A DNA stretch of 41,668 nt from a virus (lineage: Duplodnaviria > Caudoviricetes): IMG/VR virus record IMGVR_UViG_3300027506_000001, positions 1 to 41,668 of that record; one strand, written 5' to 3'. The position numbers were made by a program, and so were the translations under genes. Shown here in pieces: positions 28,527-38,531 of this stretch. The first letter of the stretch is position 1; the number at the start of each line of letters is the position of its first letter. The notes beneath the pieces are model-generated. The model was not told where the DNA came from. It searched no databases and saw only the letters and a list, made by a program, of their open reading frames with translations.

Positions 28527-31172
28527 ATGGCAGTAAAAGAATTTTATAAGTTTTATCTTAAAACAGATCAATCTATTTCAAATACAGTAAATGAAACCTT
28601 CCCTTTATCTGGTGCATCATTAACTCCTTCACCTTTTAGAAAAGGTTTTGGACAAGTTGTAGGTATTATAAATGCTTTTGATAAAGTAGATTTTTTTATT
28701 CAAGTTGATAATTTTTCACCGATAACTACACAATCAGTATTTTTTCAAGTAAGGGAAGAAAATTGCACAGGATTAAAATTAGCATCAAAATCAATTTCAT
28801 TTGAAACGTCAAACAATTTGGTTCCTATTTCTATTCATTTAGATGCTCCTGTTTTTTCAGAAAAACCATTATTTTTTTCAATTACTTGCACGACAGATAT
28901 ATACCCACATGGAAGGACACAAGCAAATAGTATTTTAACATCAACAACAGGTTCAATAGTTTCTTATGTATGTGATTCATTTTCTAGTAATTTGCAATAC
29001 TATTTTGCTTATTCATTAAATGATATAGTTGAATGTTATCCTAATTTTGGAAAGGGATTAGCTTTGCAACTAGAAAGAGAAACTGATAAGATTTTTTTAA
29101 GGAAGAAACTTAGTGGTAATTTTTTCTTTCAAAGAGATGATTATGATTTTGTTAGATTAGCAACAATAGAAGCTAGTTATACTTTAATTGTTATGTCCCA
29201 AATTAGCGGTGTTTTTTCAGAGTTTTACAGAGGGGAGTTTTCAAAAACAGATTGTTCATTTGATGATGATAATAAGATATTTTCAGTTTCACCTACACCA
29301 TTTGATAAGTATGCAAAGATACTAGCAGATATTGATAAAGAATTTGATATTATTGATTTAGGGATTAATAATACACCTGTACAATATGTAAAAAGACCGA
29401 TTTTTCAAGTAGTTACTTTAGGAACAGGAATTTTATCAAATCATATTGGAGGTTCTTTTTGGGAAGAAGAAATAAGCACAAGTCTTACAGGTAATGATTT
29501 AGTTAATACTTATGGATTTACAGCAGCAACAGAATTATATGGAGTATCAGGATATGGAGATGTTGATGTATCAGGTAAATATTTAGGTACTATTTCTACT
29601 GCTTCTTTTTTTCAAAGAGATGATAATGTCTATAAAATTGAAAAAAACTTTAATAGCAGTCAAATTGGTGAAAGTTTATTTGAAATAATAAGAGTATCAG
29701 ATAATGTTGTTTTATATGCTACATCTATTATTCAACTTGGAGATGAACCATTTACACCATTAAGTCAAAGAACTTTTTATGGTGTGGGTTCAATTAATGG
29801 TAAATTTAGTTTTTCTGTTTTTGCTCCATATACTAGAATATTAACAGATGTTCAAACTGTATCTGGATTTACAGTTATAAATATTCCTGATGTTGAAGAT
29901 GATATATTGCCATATAATTATAACTATAATTTTATTTTAACGGGTAATTATTTATCATTTGATATAACTTCTACATATACAAATACAGCTAATAAATATC
30001 CTGTTTCAATTGGATCCTATACTGATCCAAGTATAGATTTACCATTTTATCATATTCAACCTACACCACCACCACAAACTTATCCTACTTCTAAAAGTTC
30101 TTGGCATGGTTCAGCGTTTTGGTTATCATATACAGGTAATGCAATAGTTATAAATAATTTTGCAACAAAAGAGGTATTAAATAATTATTGCTATGAATTA
30201 AGTGATGTTATTGCAGGATTATTAAAAGAAATTGATCCTAGTTTAAGTTTTCAAAAAACAATAGGAACAAGTAATTTTTTACACAATGATACAGCAAATC
30301 CTGTTACAAGTGAATCAGGATTTAGATTATTTATTTCTCCCAAAACTAATGTAACTTCAAGTAAATATGATTTACCTGCATCAAAAGCAATAATAAAATT
30401 ATCTGAAATTTTTAATATGCTAAAGTATGGATTTAATTTAGATTGGTATATAAATGAAGGTGATGGAGGATTAAGAATAGAACATTCAGTTTATTTTGAA
30501 AATGGTAAAAATTATACTACTGAACAAATAGGATTAGATTTATCTTTGTTAAATGAAATATATACGGGAGTACCTTGGTCAACAGGATTTAATAAATTCA
30601 AATACAATAAATTTTCACTACCAGAAACGATTGAAAATAGTTGGATGGATGAAGTTTCTACTGTTTTTGAAGGTTACAAAATTGAAATAAAATCAAAATA
30701 TGTTACTAAAGGTCAAAATCAACAAAATTCATTATCTCCATTTACTTCTGATTTAGATTTTATGCAAACTTCACCAAGTAAAATTAATAAAAATGGTTTT
30801 GCTTTACTAGCTGCAAAAATTGATTTAAGCGATCTTATTTATAAAGTACCATTAATTGATATTGATATAAATGGTGTTACTGAAAGCATACAAAATGGTA
30901 ATGCTTCTTTAGTTTATATGCACGATAAATTTAAAAGACATTTATTACCTGCTAATCTAGTTAATTTGAATGGTGTAGATATAACAGCTATAAGTACAAT
31001 GCGATCTAAAGTACAAGAATTAGATACAGTTATTCCAGATGATTTTGATGAATTAAAGTTAATTAAAACAGATATAGGAAATGGTCAAATTGAGAAAGCA
31101 GAAATTTTATTAGAAACAGATGGAACAGGTAGAAGATCATTAAAAATAACAGTTAAATACGATACAGAATGA
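28527..31172 (+). CDS. Tail tip / minor tail protein
   Basis: 881 aa directly after the tape measure gene, with an LRIEH motif. Confidence 0.7.
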   Translation: MAVKEFYKFYLKTDQSISNTVNETFPLSGASLTPSPFRKGFGQVVGIINAFDKVDFFIQVDNFSPITTQSVFFQVREENCTGLKLASKSISFETSNNLVPISIHLDAPVFSEKPLFFSITCTTDIYPHGRTQANSILTSTTGSIVSYVCDSFSSNLQYYFAYSLNDIVECYPNFGKGLALQLERETDKIFLRKKLSGNFFFQRDDYDFVRLATIEASYTLIVMSQISGVFSEFYRGEFSKTDCSFDDDNKIFSVSPTPFDKYAKILADIDKEFDIIDLGINNTPVQYVKRPIFQVVTLGTGILSNHIGGSFWEEEISTSLTGNDLVNTYGFTAATELYGVSGYGDVDVSGKYLGTISTASFFQRDDNVYKIEKNFNSSQIGESLFEIIRVSDNVVLYATSIIQLGDEPFTPLSQRTFYGVGSINGKFSFSVFAPYTRILTDVQTVSGFTVINIPDVEDDILPYNYNYNFILTGNYLSFDITSTYTNTANKYPVSIGSYTDPSIDLPFYHIQPTPPPQTYPTSKSSWHGSAFWLSYTGNAIVINNFATKEVLNNYCYELSDVIAGLLKEIDPSLSFQKTIGTSNFLHNDTANPVTSESGFRLFISPKTNVTSSKYDLPASKAIIKLSEIFNMLKYGFNLDWYINEGDGGLRIEHSVYFENGKNYTTEQIGLDLSLLNEIYTGVPWSTGFNKFKYNKFSLPETIENSWMDEVSTVFEGYKIEIKSKYVTKGQNQQNSLSPFTSDLDFMQTSPSKINKNGFALLAAKIDLSDLIYKVPLIDIDINGVTESIQNGNASLVYMHDKFKRHLLPANLVNLNGVDITAISTMRSKVQELDTVIPDDFDELKLIKTDIGNGQIEKAEILLETDGTGRRSLKITVKYDTE

Positions 31173-32005
31173 GTTTAAAAAATTATTCACTATTACCTTT
31201 TTATGATTTAGCAAGTAAGCAGCATAGGTCATTATGGTATTCATTTGATAGAGTTTTCCCTATGCCTGTATTAGAAGGTTTTATTCCTCCTTTTCAATGG
31301 GATAAGTTTATTAATGTTGGGGAAAATATATCTACTTTTAAGATAAGAAACTTGCTAACTTCAACAGAGTATGATATTACTATTGCAATGCAATCAGGTG
31401 GACTAGTATTATCACAAGAAACAGGTTTTGATAAAATTACTTGGGATGGTTTAACTAGAATAGATAATCCTGATGGATTAAATGTTGTAGATGGTAGAGC
31501 CATTTTTGATAATGGTGATTATGAAGCACTTTTTAATTTAGGAGGTCAAAGACCTTATATATCAGAACCTTTTAGATTTGTTTCTGATATAGATTGTTTT
31601 TTAAAGATTGAATGGTATCACGATGAAAATTTTGAATATCCAAATGCTTTTATAAAATATACAACAGGTTTTAAGAATTTTGCTTATTTTCCTACTGAAT
31701 TTAGTAAACCTAGTTATCCATTTGAAAGAGAAGTATCTGAAAGACAAGGAAGGGTATATCCTAGAATACAAACAGTAGGTAAAACTCATAGGTGCAATGT
31801 ACTTGTTCCAGAATGGTTAGCAGATGTATTAATTTTGATACCTTTGCACCATTACGTAAAAATTACATATCAAGGAACTACTTATGATGTGAATGAAATT
31901 TTGGTAAGTGAACCAGAATGGCTAGAAAGAGGTGATTTAGGAACTATGGAATTAGAAGTAACTTTTGATAATTCAGTAGTAAAAACAGGAAAAGCTAAAC
32001 TTTAA
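31169..32005 (+). CDS. Minor tail protein
   Basis: ATGA overlap with the upstream tail gene, 278 aa. Confidence 0.6.
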   Translation: MSLKNYSLLPFYDLASKQHRSLWYSFDRVFPMPVLEGFIPPFQWDKFINVGENISTFKIRNLLTSTEYDITIAMQSGGLVLSQETGFDKITWDGLTRIDNPDGLNVVDGRAIFDNGDYEALFNLGGQRPYISEPFRFVSDIDCFLKIEWYHDENFEYPNAFIKYTTGFKNFAYFPTEFSKPSYPFEREVSERQGRVYPRIQTVGKTHRCNVLVPEWLADVLILIPLHHYVKITYQGTTYDVNEILVSEPEWLERGDLGTMELEVTFDNSVVKTGKAKL

Positions 32006-32039
32006 AATATTTATTTAATAATCAAAAAACATATATAAA

Positions 32040-32588
32040 ATGAAAAAGTATTTATTTTTATTTTTCTCTTTGTTTATTTTTTCAAATGCTATTGCACAAG
32101 AAGTAGAAACAGTAGAGTTAAAAGATACAGTAGAATCACTTACCATAACTTTAGCTGATGGGAAAAAATTTACTATTGATGGTGTAAAATCAAATAATGA
32201 TTTAAAAGAATTAGGTGAAATTTTATCTGCAAGAAAAGATGAATTAGAAGTAGTTTTAGAAGGAACCGAATTTCCACCAAAAGGAGTTCAAGGATGGCTT
32301 ACCTTATTATTATCATTATTAGCTTCTGGATTTTTAAATAAAATTATTGTATCAGGAACTAGAGCAATAAAACTAATCAAAAATATATTTGATGGCACTA
32401 GTACAAATGCAATTGTTTGGGGATCAGCAATGGCAATTGGGTTTTTAATTTCTTTTTGGCAAGTAAATTGGAATATATCTAATATTGATTTTGCAAATTG
32501 GGCAAGTATGACATTATTTGTTTCAGTTTTTTCAATGTTTGTGCATGAATCAATAAACAAAGTATCAAAAAAGAAAGAAGTTGAATAA
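32040..32588 (+). CDS. Membrane protein with a signal peptide and about 3 C-terminal TM segments
   Basis: MKKYLFLFFSLFIFSNAIA|Q. Hydrophobic segments WLTLLLSLLASGFL, AIVWGSAMAIGFLISFW and WASMTLFVSVFSMFV. Confidence 0.7.
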   Translation: MKKYLFLFFSLFIFSNAIAQEVETVELKDTVESLTITLADGKKFTIDGVKSNNDLKELGEILSARKDELEVVLEGTEFPPKGVQGWLTLLLSLLASGFLNKIIVSGTRAIKLIKNIFDGTSTNAIVWGSAMAIGFLISFWQVNWNISNIDFANWASMTLFVSVFSMFVHESINKVSKKKEVE

Positions 32589-32609
32589 TAACTAAAATCA
32601 TATTATTTT

Positions 32610-32647
32610 AAAAAACCTTTCTATAAAAATGTAGAAAGGTTTTTTTT
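32610..32647 (+). terminator. Terminator at the end of the structural operon
   Basis: aaaaaacctttcta...tagaaaggtttttttt. Confidence 0.75.
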
Positions 32648-32673
32648 ATTTTGAATTGTAATATATTTTACCC

Positions 32674-32681
32674 TATATTTG
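32674..32681 (+). promoter_or_regulatory. TAnnTTTG promoter element
   Basis: TATATTTG with an upstream TTTG, before the ATG at 32705. Confidence 0.6.
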
Positions 32682-32704
32682 TACCAACAAAATAACAATA
32701 TATT

Positions 32705-32887
32705 ATGAGCGATAAACAAATCTTAGATTTGTATAAACAATCTCCTAAACATGGAAAAATAACACTTTATTGTAAAGATAAAGTAGAAACAAAAAACATG
32801 ATTAAGAGTTTGGGAGTACATTACAAATTAAAAGACTATCAAGTAATTGATTATCTTTTAAGAAAAGAAATTAATAAATCAAGATAA
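32705..32887 (+). CDS. Small hypothetical protein (possible DNA-binding)
   Basis: 60-aa ORF with its own promoter element. Confidence 0.55.
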   Translation: MSDKQILDLYKQSPKHGKITLYCKDKVETKNMIKSLGVHYKLKDYQVIDYLLRKEINKSR

Positions 32888-32956
32888 CATACTATTAATA
32901 TTGGGGCAAATTATTATAATTTGCTTCAATTTTTTTCACAACTTAAAAAACTTAAA

Positions 32957-33325
32957 ATGACTAAAAAAGAAAAAGAATTATTCGATTCTGCTTTTGTAAG
33001 TGTAAAAGCAGATGTAGGAGATAATTTAGATACAATTGATTATTGTATTGAAACAAATCAAAGAATAGTAAATTATTCTGTATCTTTAAAAGATTACCTA
33101 TCAGGATTACAAAGATTTGGGGAAATTGATACTTTTACTGATGATTTAAAAAAAGTAAAAATTTATCTTCCATTACCAAAAGACTATGATTCAGCAAAGG
33201 ATGAAATGGGAGGTGGAACTTTAGTAGAATCATCAATTGATGTTATTAATGAAAGCATCAAAACTCATAGTCAAATGATATTAAAATGGTTACTTCGTAA
33301 GAAATCAAAGAACATCGTTTTTTAG
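32957..33325 (+). CDS. Hypothetical protein
   Basis: The ATG at 32957 follows an AACTTAAAAAACTTAAA leader and is preferred to the TTG at 32921. Confidence 0.7.
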   Translation: MTKKEKELFDSAFVSVKADVGDNLDTIDYCIETNQRIVNYSVSLKDYLSGLQRFGEIDTFTDDLKKVKIYLPLPKDYDSAKDEMGGGTLVESSIDVINESIKTHSQMILKWLLRKKSKNIVF

Positions 33326-33345
33326 TTTTTTAAGTTTTTGTTCAG

Positions 33346-33375
33346 TCGCTCCTATTAATATGGAGCGATTTTTTT
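33346..33375 (+). terminator. Intrinsic terminator
   Basis: tcgctcc...ggagcga followed by T7. Confidence 0.7.
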
Positions 33376-33669
33376 CAACTTTTTAAAAAAAATATAAATG
33401 AATATTTACTTAGTAAGTTATTTTTTATTTTCTTTATTAATAATTGTAGCTGATAATTATAATTGGATAAATATTTTATCTGGATATACTTGTAAAAGCA
33501 AGTCAATTTTAAATGAATATGAAAAAACGAATATGGATATAGATAAATAATATATTCATAAAGAATAGGTGTGCTATCAGCCATAAAGTGATGCTCATTA
33601 AATTAGATGGTTAGTAAAATATCTAGGAGGATTACAATTTTTGTAATCCTCTTCTTTTTTTTATTTTGT

Positions 33670-33855
33670 ATGAAATTAGAACAACAAATAAAACAATTTT
33701 TAAAAGATAATATTGATAGTGGATTACCAGAGATTTATAAAGAATTTAAGGTTTATTCTCGCAGAAGATTATTAAATACTTTGTTTACTTTAGTTAGTAA
33801 TCAAGAGATAATATTTGAAAACAATATTTTTTATTTAATTAAAGAAAATAAATAA
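33670..33855 (+). CDS. Small hypothetical protein, possible winged helix
   Basis: The ATG at 33670 is preferred because the longer ORF reads through a terminator-like hairpin at 33627-33662. Confidence 0.5.
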   Translation: MKLEQQIKQFLKDNIDSGLPEIYKEFKVYSRRRLLNTLFTLVSNQEIIFENNIFYLIKENK

Positions 33856-33961
33856 CTATGGTAGTATTTAATTTAATTATCATTCCAATGATAATTGCTT
33901 TTATTATCTCATTCCTTTTATACTTACTCCTTAATAGTATAGATAAAAAAAATAAAAGTAA

Positions 33962-34186
33962 ATGAAAAAGTATAAAAAAGAAAATCCTACCTTCATTGAA
34001 GGAATACCAGATAGTCTTTTACAAAAACTTATTTTAATAAAAGAAGATTCTAATTTGACCGATGTTGAAAAAGTAAGAAAGGTTTATGAAATGGGTAGTT
34101 TTATTCCTTTGGAAAGTTTGGCTTTAGTTTTTGGTATGACTATATCTTGGTTTGGAACTAGATTAAAAAAATCATATAAAATATAA
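33962..34186 (+). CDS. Small hypothetical protein, possible HTH
   Basis: PLESLALVFGMTISWFGTRLK resembles a helix-turn-helix. Confidence 0.55.
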   Translation: MKKYKKENPTFIEGIPDSLLQKLILIKEDSNLTDVEKVRKVYEMGSFIPLESLALVFGMTISWFGTRLKKSYKI

Positions 34187-34191
34187 ATAAA

Positions 34192-34626
34192 TTGAATAAA
34201 GTAAAAATTATATTAGATAGTGAGGTAGATTTTCCTAGATATGGAACCGAAGGATCATCAGGATTAGATTTAAAAGCAAATATAGATCATAGAGTAAGTT
34301 TAAAACCTTTACAACGAGTTTTAATACCTTCTGGCATAAGAATAGAACTACCTAAAGGATTTGAAGCGCAAATAAGACCTAGAAGCGGTAATGCGCTTAA
34401 AAAGGGTTTAGGTGTTTTAAATTCACCTGCAACAATTGATAGTGATTTTAGAGGTGAAATAGGTATAATTTTAGTAAACCTATCCAATGAAATTATATCA
34501 ATTGAACCAAAAGATAAAGTTGCACAAATTGTTTTTTCTAAATATGAAAAAATTGAATGGGAAAATGTTTCATATTTTACTGAAACTGAAAGAGGATCGA
34601 AAGGTTTTGGAAGTACAGGTAATTAA
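34192..34626 (+). CDS. dut: dUTPase (trimeric)
   Basis: SSGLDL, QIRPRSG, ATIDSDFRGEI, VAQIV and RGSKGFGSTG motifs. Confidence 0.96.
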   Translation: MNKVKIILDSEVDFPRYGTEGSSGLDLKANIDHRVSLKPLQRVLIPSGIRIELPKGFEAQIRPRSGNALKKGLGVLNSPATIDSDFRGEIGIILVNLSNEIISIEPKDKVAQIVFSKYEKIEWENVSYFTETERGSKGFGSTGN

Positions 34627-34675
34627 AAAAAATAATAAAAAGTTTTAGGTTATTTGATTTATACATTAATAAATA

Positions 34676-34789
34676 TATATTTGTATTTATAATTATTTAT
34701 TAGTTGGTGATGCACTACAAAATAATTATAATAACAATTTATTGTTTTGGTCAATCATGAAGCATCACTCATGGTTGACCTTTTTTTTT
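34676..34789 (+). promoter_or_regulatory. Promoter plus two-hairpin leader with complementary loops upstream of the replication initiator
   Basis: TATATTTG at 34676. Hairpin 1 loop GTGATGC (34707-34713) is complementary to hairpin 2 loop GCATCAC (34762-34768). Hairpin 2 is followed by T9. Confidence 0.6.
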
Positions 34790-34800
34790 AAAATTAGATT

Positions 34801-35742
34801 ATGATAAATTTAGATGACAGATTTATAACAGAAACAATGCCTATAATCGGAGCCAAGGCAACAGTAATTTTATTAGCTATTGCAAAGCATTTAGATGTTA
34901 ATAAGAAAGCATTTCCATCAAAATATACAATTCAAAAATATACGGGATTGGGTAGAGATGCAGTAACAAATGGAATAAATCTACTAGTAGAAAATGATAT
35001 TTTAGAAAAAAAACAAAGGAGGAATGGTGCAAGGCAATCTTCTAATCTTTATAGTGTTAAATGTAACTACTTGACAGTTTATGTTAAAGCTAATAAAAGT
35101 TTTCAGCCTACTGAAAGTCAGCCTACTGAAAGTCAGCCTACTGAAAGTCAGCCTACTGAAAATCCGCTACTAAGTATTAACAAGAAAGGAAGTATTAACA
35201 AAGAGAAAAGTATTAACAAAGAAGAAGTAAAGTTTTCTTTTGAAATTAATTCTAAGAAATGGAGTAAAGAACAAAGGGATAAAGGATTTGAATTATTTTG
35301 GGAAAAATATGATTTAAAACAATCAAAAGGAGTAGCAAAGGTATCTTGGTATAAAGTATGCAAAAATGGAAATGCAAAAAAAGCATTTGATGGAATAGAT
35401 GCTTATAAAAAACATTTATCAGTTGAAACTTGGAAAAGAACTAAAATGGTAAGTACATGGCTAAATCAAGAATCTTGGGATGATGAATACAAAGGAATTA
35501 TAAAAACTAATAATTTAGGGAAACAAAAATTTCAGCATTTTGGTATAAATCATCTTAATAATAATCTGGCTGATGATAGATATTATTTTATTAATAGATT
35601 ACAAGAGTTAAACAAATTTAGAAAAGAAAGCATAAAAAAAACTTTGGAAAATAAGGTTCTTGGATTGGGTATTGTAAGTGACCAAGAAAAGTACCTTTTT
35701 ATAATTAAAAACTTTTCAAAACAAGATTTTCACTTAAAATAA
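34801..35742 (+). CDS. Replication initiator (N-terminal wHTH)
   Basis: AFPSKYTIQKYTGLGRDAVTNGINLLVE...SNLY HTH, FELFWEKY and STWLNQESWDDE. Contains internal repeats and lies upstream of the helicase. Confidence 0.8.
   Translation: MINLDDRFITETMPIIGAKATVILLAIAKHLDVNKKAFPSKYTIQKYTGLGRDAVTNGINLLVENDILEKKQRRNGARQSSNLYSVKCNYLTVYVKANKSFQPTESQPTESQPTESQPTENPLLSINKKGSINKEKSINKEEVKFSFEINSKKWSKEQRDKGFELFWEKYDLKQSKGVAKVSWYKVCKNGNAKKAFDGIDAYKKHLSVETWKRTKMVSTWLNQESWDDEYKGIIKTNNLGKQKFQHFGINHLNNNLADDRYYFINRLQELNKFRKESIKKTLENKVLGLGIVSDQEKYLFIIKNFSKQDFHLK
35104..35219 (+). repeat. Iteron-like repeats within the initiator gene (candidate origin)
   Basis: CAGCCTACTGAAA(G/A)T x4 with a 15-nt period (35104-35163), then AAGTATTAACAA x3 with an 18-nt period (35172, 35190, 35208). 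Confidence 0.8.
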
Positions 35743-35751
35743 AAACTAAAA

Positions 35752-37611
35752 ATGAGTAATTATTCAAAAGGATTTGAAAAACTAGGTGTTGATTTAAGAA
35801 GTGTTAGGGGAAATGCGTCTATTTGTCCTTCTTGCAGCCATACAAGGAAGAAAAGCAAAGAAAGATGTATGAGTATCAATTTAGAATCAGGGTTCTATAA
35901 ATGTAACCATTGCGATTTTGCAGGTAGAGTAGATAGTAATGATTGGATTAGTAAAACATATTATTCTGATAACAATGTAAAATCTAATTCACTAAAAATT
36001 AACAAAAGTAAAACTTATGCTAATCCAAATAATAGTTTTCAAAAACTAAGTACCAATTCATTAGAGTTTTTAAAATCAAGAGGTATAACAGAACAAGTTG
36101 CAATAAGAAATAGAATTGGAGAGAATAAGAATGGTGATATTGCTTTTACTTACTATAATGATAAATCCTTAATTGCTTGTAAATTTAGGAAAGTTAGTGG
36201 CAAGTCATTTTATCAAATTCCTAATTGCAAACCAATTCTATACAAACTAAATGATATAAAAAAAATACCTTATGCAATTATATGTGAAGGTGAACTTGAT
36301 GCTTTAAGTTGGGAAGTTCTTGGATTAACAGGTGCAGTATCAATTGATAAAGGTGCGCCAAATAAAGGAGGTAAAATTGGAACAAAGTTAGATTGCCTAA
36401 GAACTTGTTATAACTTTTTAAAAGATAAGGAGGATATATATATATCAGTAGATAATGATGAAAATGGTAATTATCTAAAAGAAATTTTAATTAATAGGTT
36501 TGGTAGGGATAAGTGTTTTATTATTTCATATCCAGATGATTGTAAGGATGCAAATGATGTTTTAATTAAATATGGAATAGTTGGATTAGAAAAATGTTTT
36601 AATAATTGTAAAAAGGTTCCTGTTTCAGATATTCAAAAAGCAGAAGATGTATATGATGAAATTTTGGAAGATTTTGAAAATGGATATGATAAAGGTGAAC
36701 CATGTGGATTTGAAGCTATTGAAAGTGGATTCTCGTGGATAAAGCATTTTGTTTATTTATGGACAGGAATACCCAATCATGGAAAATCTGCTTTTGTTAG
36801 TTTCTTAATGATGTTAAAAAGCATAAATTCAAATACAAAATGGGCAATATTTTCACCAGAACACGCACCTGCAAAGGTTTTTTATAAAAATATGATTAGT
36901 TTATTTACGGGAAAAAGTCTTGATAAAAATAGTGCTAATGCCATTACTAGGGAAGAAATTATTTTATGTAAAAATTTTATAAGTGATAATTTTATTTTTA
37001 TATATCCAGAGGAACTTAATATTTCTACTGAAAATGATGCTATGCAAACTCCAAAATGGATATTAGATAAAATATCAGAATTAGCATTATGCGAGGGAAT
37101 AGGTGGTTTTCTTATTGATCCTTGGAACCAATTGGATCACATATACAAAGATATAAAAAGGGAAGATCAATATTTATCGCATTGGTTAAAGCAATTTAAA
37201 AAAGTATCACAAATGCACAATTTGTTTTGTAATATAGTTGTTCACCCAAAAAAGATGAATCCTGATATGCAAGGTATAGTTAGAAAACCTACTGCATACG
37301 ATATAAGTGGTGGTGCCATGTGGAGCAATAAAGCAGATGTAATTACAGTAATACACCGAGATAAGTTTTATACTGATAAAATGGATAATAGTGTTTTTGT
37401 TGATGTGCAAAAAGCAAAGGAACAGCATCGTTTTGGACAACCAAGATGTAATACTGTATTTTTTGAAGCATTGACAGGATGGTATAAAGGTGAATTTGGT
37501 AGTTCTCCAATGGAAGGAATATTTGAAAAAATGAAAAAATCTATAAATGGAGAAGAAATTGATCCAATTAAATCAGCTAGACCAAATAATTTAGAAGAAA
37601 TACCATTTTAA
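35752..37611 (+). CDS. Primase-helicase (T7 gp4/Twinkle-like)
   Basis: Zn finger CPSC...CNHC, TOPRIM CEGELDAL/DND/KDAND, Walker A TGIPNHGKS, LIDPWN, VVHPKK and YDISGG. Confidence 0.92.
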   Translation: MSNYSKGFEKLGVDLRSVRGNASICPSCSHTRKKSKERCMSINLESGFYKCNHCDFAGRVDSNDWISKTYYSDNNVKSNSLKINKSKTYANPNNSFQKLSTNSLEFLKSRGITEQVAIRNRIGENKNGDIAFTYYNDKSLIACKFRKVSGKSFYQIPNCKPILYKLNDIKKIPYAIICEGELDALSWEVLGLTGAVSIDKGAPNKGGKIGTKLDCLRTCYNFLKDKEDIYISVDNDENGNYLKEILINRFGRDKCFIISYPDDCKDANDVLIKYGIVGLEKCFNNCKKVPVSDIQKAEDVYDEILEDFENGYDKGEPCGFEAIESGFSWIKHFVYLWTGIPNHGKSAFVSFLMMLKSINSNTKWAIFSPEHAPAKVFYKNMISLFTGKSLDKNSANAITREEIILCKNFISDNFIFIYPEELNISTENDAMQTPKWILDKISELALCEGIGGFLIDPWNQLDHIYKDIKREDQYLSHWLKQFKKVSQMHNLFCNIVVHPKKMNPDMQGIVRKPTAYDISGGAMWSNKADVITVIHRDKFYTDKMDNSVFVDVQKAKEQHRFGQPRCNTVFFEALTGWYKGEFGSSPMEGIFEKMKKSINGEEIDPIKSARPNNLEEIPF

Positions 37612-37613
37612 TT

Positions 37614-37775
37614 ATGAAAAATTACGAAATTGAAAGGATTGAAAGGATGATTAGAGTATTAGAATTATTTATAAGTAAAGGCAAAAAAGGTAAACTAAAA
37701 AAATACTCAATTACAGAAGAAAAAGAAACTTTAAAAAAAATAGATCATTTAAAAAATCAAATAAATAATAAATAA
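37614..37775 (+). CDS. Small hypothetical protein, 53 aa (not in ORF track)
   Basis: Manual translation MKNYEIERIERMIRVLELFISKGKKG..., with a TAATG overlap to the next gene. Confidence 0.55.
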   Translation: MKNYEIERIERMIRVLELFISKGKKGKLKKYSITEEKETLKKIDHLKNQINNK

Positions 37776-38467
37776 TGAATTTAGTAAAACTAGTTTTAAT
37801 TCTTCTAACTTTTATTAGCTTAATCTTTTACAATTATAATTATTACGAAAAATTAAATTGTTCTTCTGCTGATATAGAATCAACTAGAGTAAGTCAAATT
37901 ATATTAGATAATATTGAATATAGAAAGATTATCAATGATAAAAATAATATAATTAAACTAGCAAATTTTAAAAAAATTAAAAAGATTCACCAGAGAAAGT
38001 CATTAAACAGAAAAAGAAAGTTTGCTTTAGAATATGGTAAATTTGCAATTGAAAGTGAAAAGATAAGTAATATACCTGCATCAATTATATTAGGTCAAGC
38101 AATTTTAGAAAGTGATGCAGGAGAATCAGAAATTGCAAAAAACGTAAACAATTTTTTTGGGCATAAATGCGGTAAAAATTTATGTAATCATAAAACTAAA
38201 TGCAAAAAATTTAAAACAACGGAACAAGATAAAGAAGGTAACATCATAAATAAATATGATTATTTTAGAGTATATGAAAACCCATATAACTGTTTTATAA
38301 GTCATGGTTTCTTCCTTAATAAAAAAAGGTATAAAAAAAGATGGGAGAAAATTAACAACAACAAAGACTATAAAAAATGGTCATCAGCAATAAAAAAAGG
38401 TGGTTACGCAACCGATATAAAATATACTCAAAAATTAATTAATTGTATTGAAAAATATGTTTTATGA
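37775..38467 (+). CDS. GH73 glucosaminidase (FlgJ-like) peptidoglycan hydrolase with an N-terminal TM
   Basis: QAILES, NNFFGHK, FRVYE and GGYATD..Y motifs. Confidence 0.88.
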   Translation: MNLVKLVLILLTFISLIFYNYNYYEKLNCSSADIESTRVSQIILDNIEYRKIINDKNNIIKLANFKKIKKIHQRKSLNRKRKFALEYGKFAIESEKISNIPASIILGQAILESDAGESEIAKNVNNFFGHKCGKNLCNHKTKCKKFKTTEQDKEGNIINKYDYFRVYENPYNCFISHGFFLNKKRYKKRWEKINNNKDYKKWSSAIKKGGYATDIKYTQKLINCIEKYVL

Positions 38468-38531
38468 TTTTTAACTTAATAATTGTAATCGGTTTATGTT
38501 TTATTTTGTCAGATAATAAAATTAATCCAGA

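Noticed and set aside
33375-33584. 69-aa minus-strand ORF in an intergenic gap
   Set aside because: It has low-complexity AT-driven composition and no typical leader. It cannot be supported, though it is not excluded.
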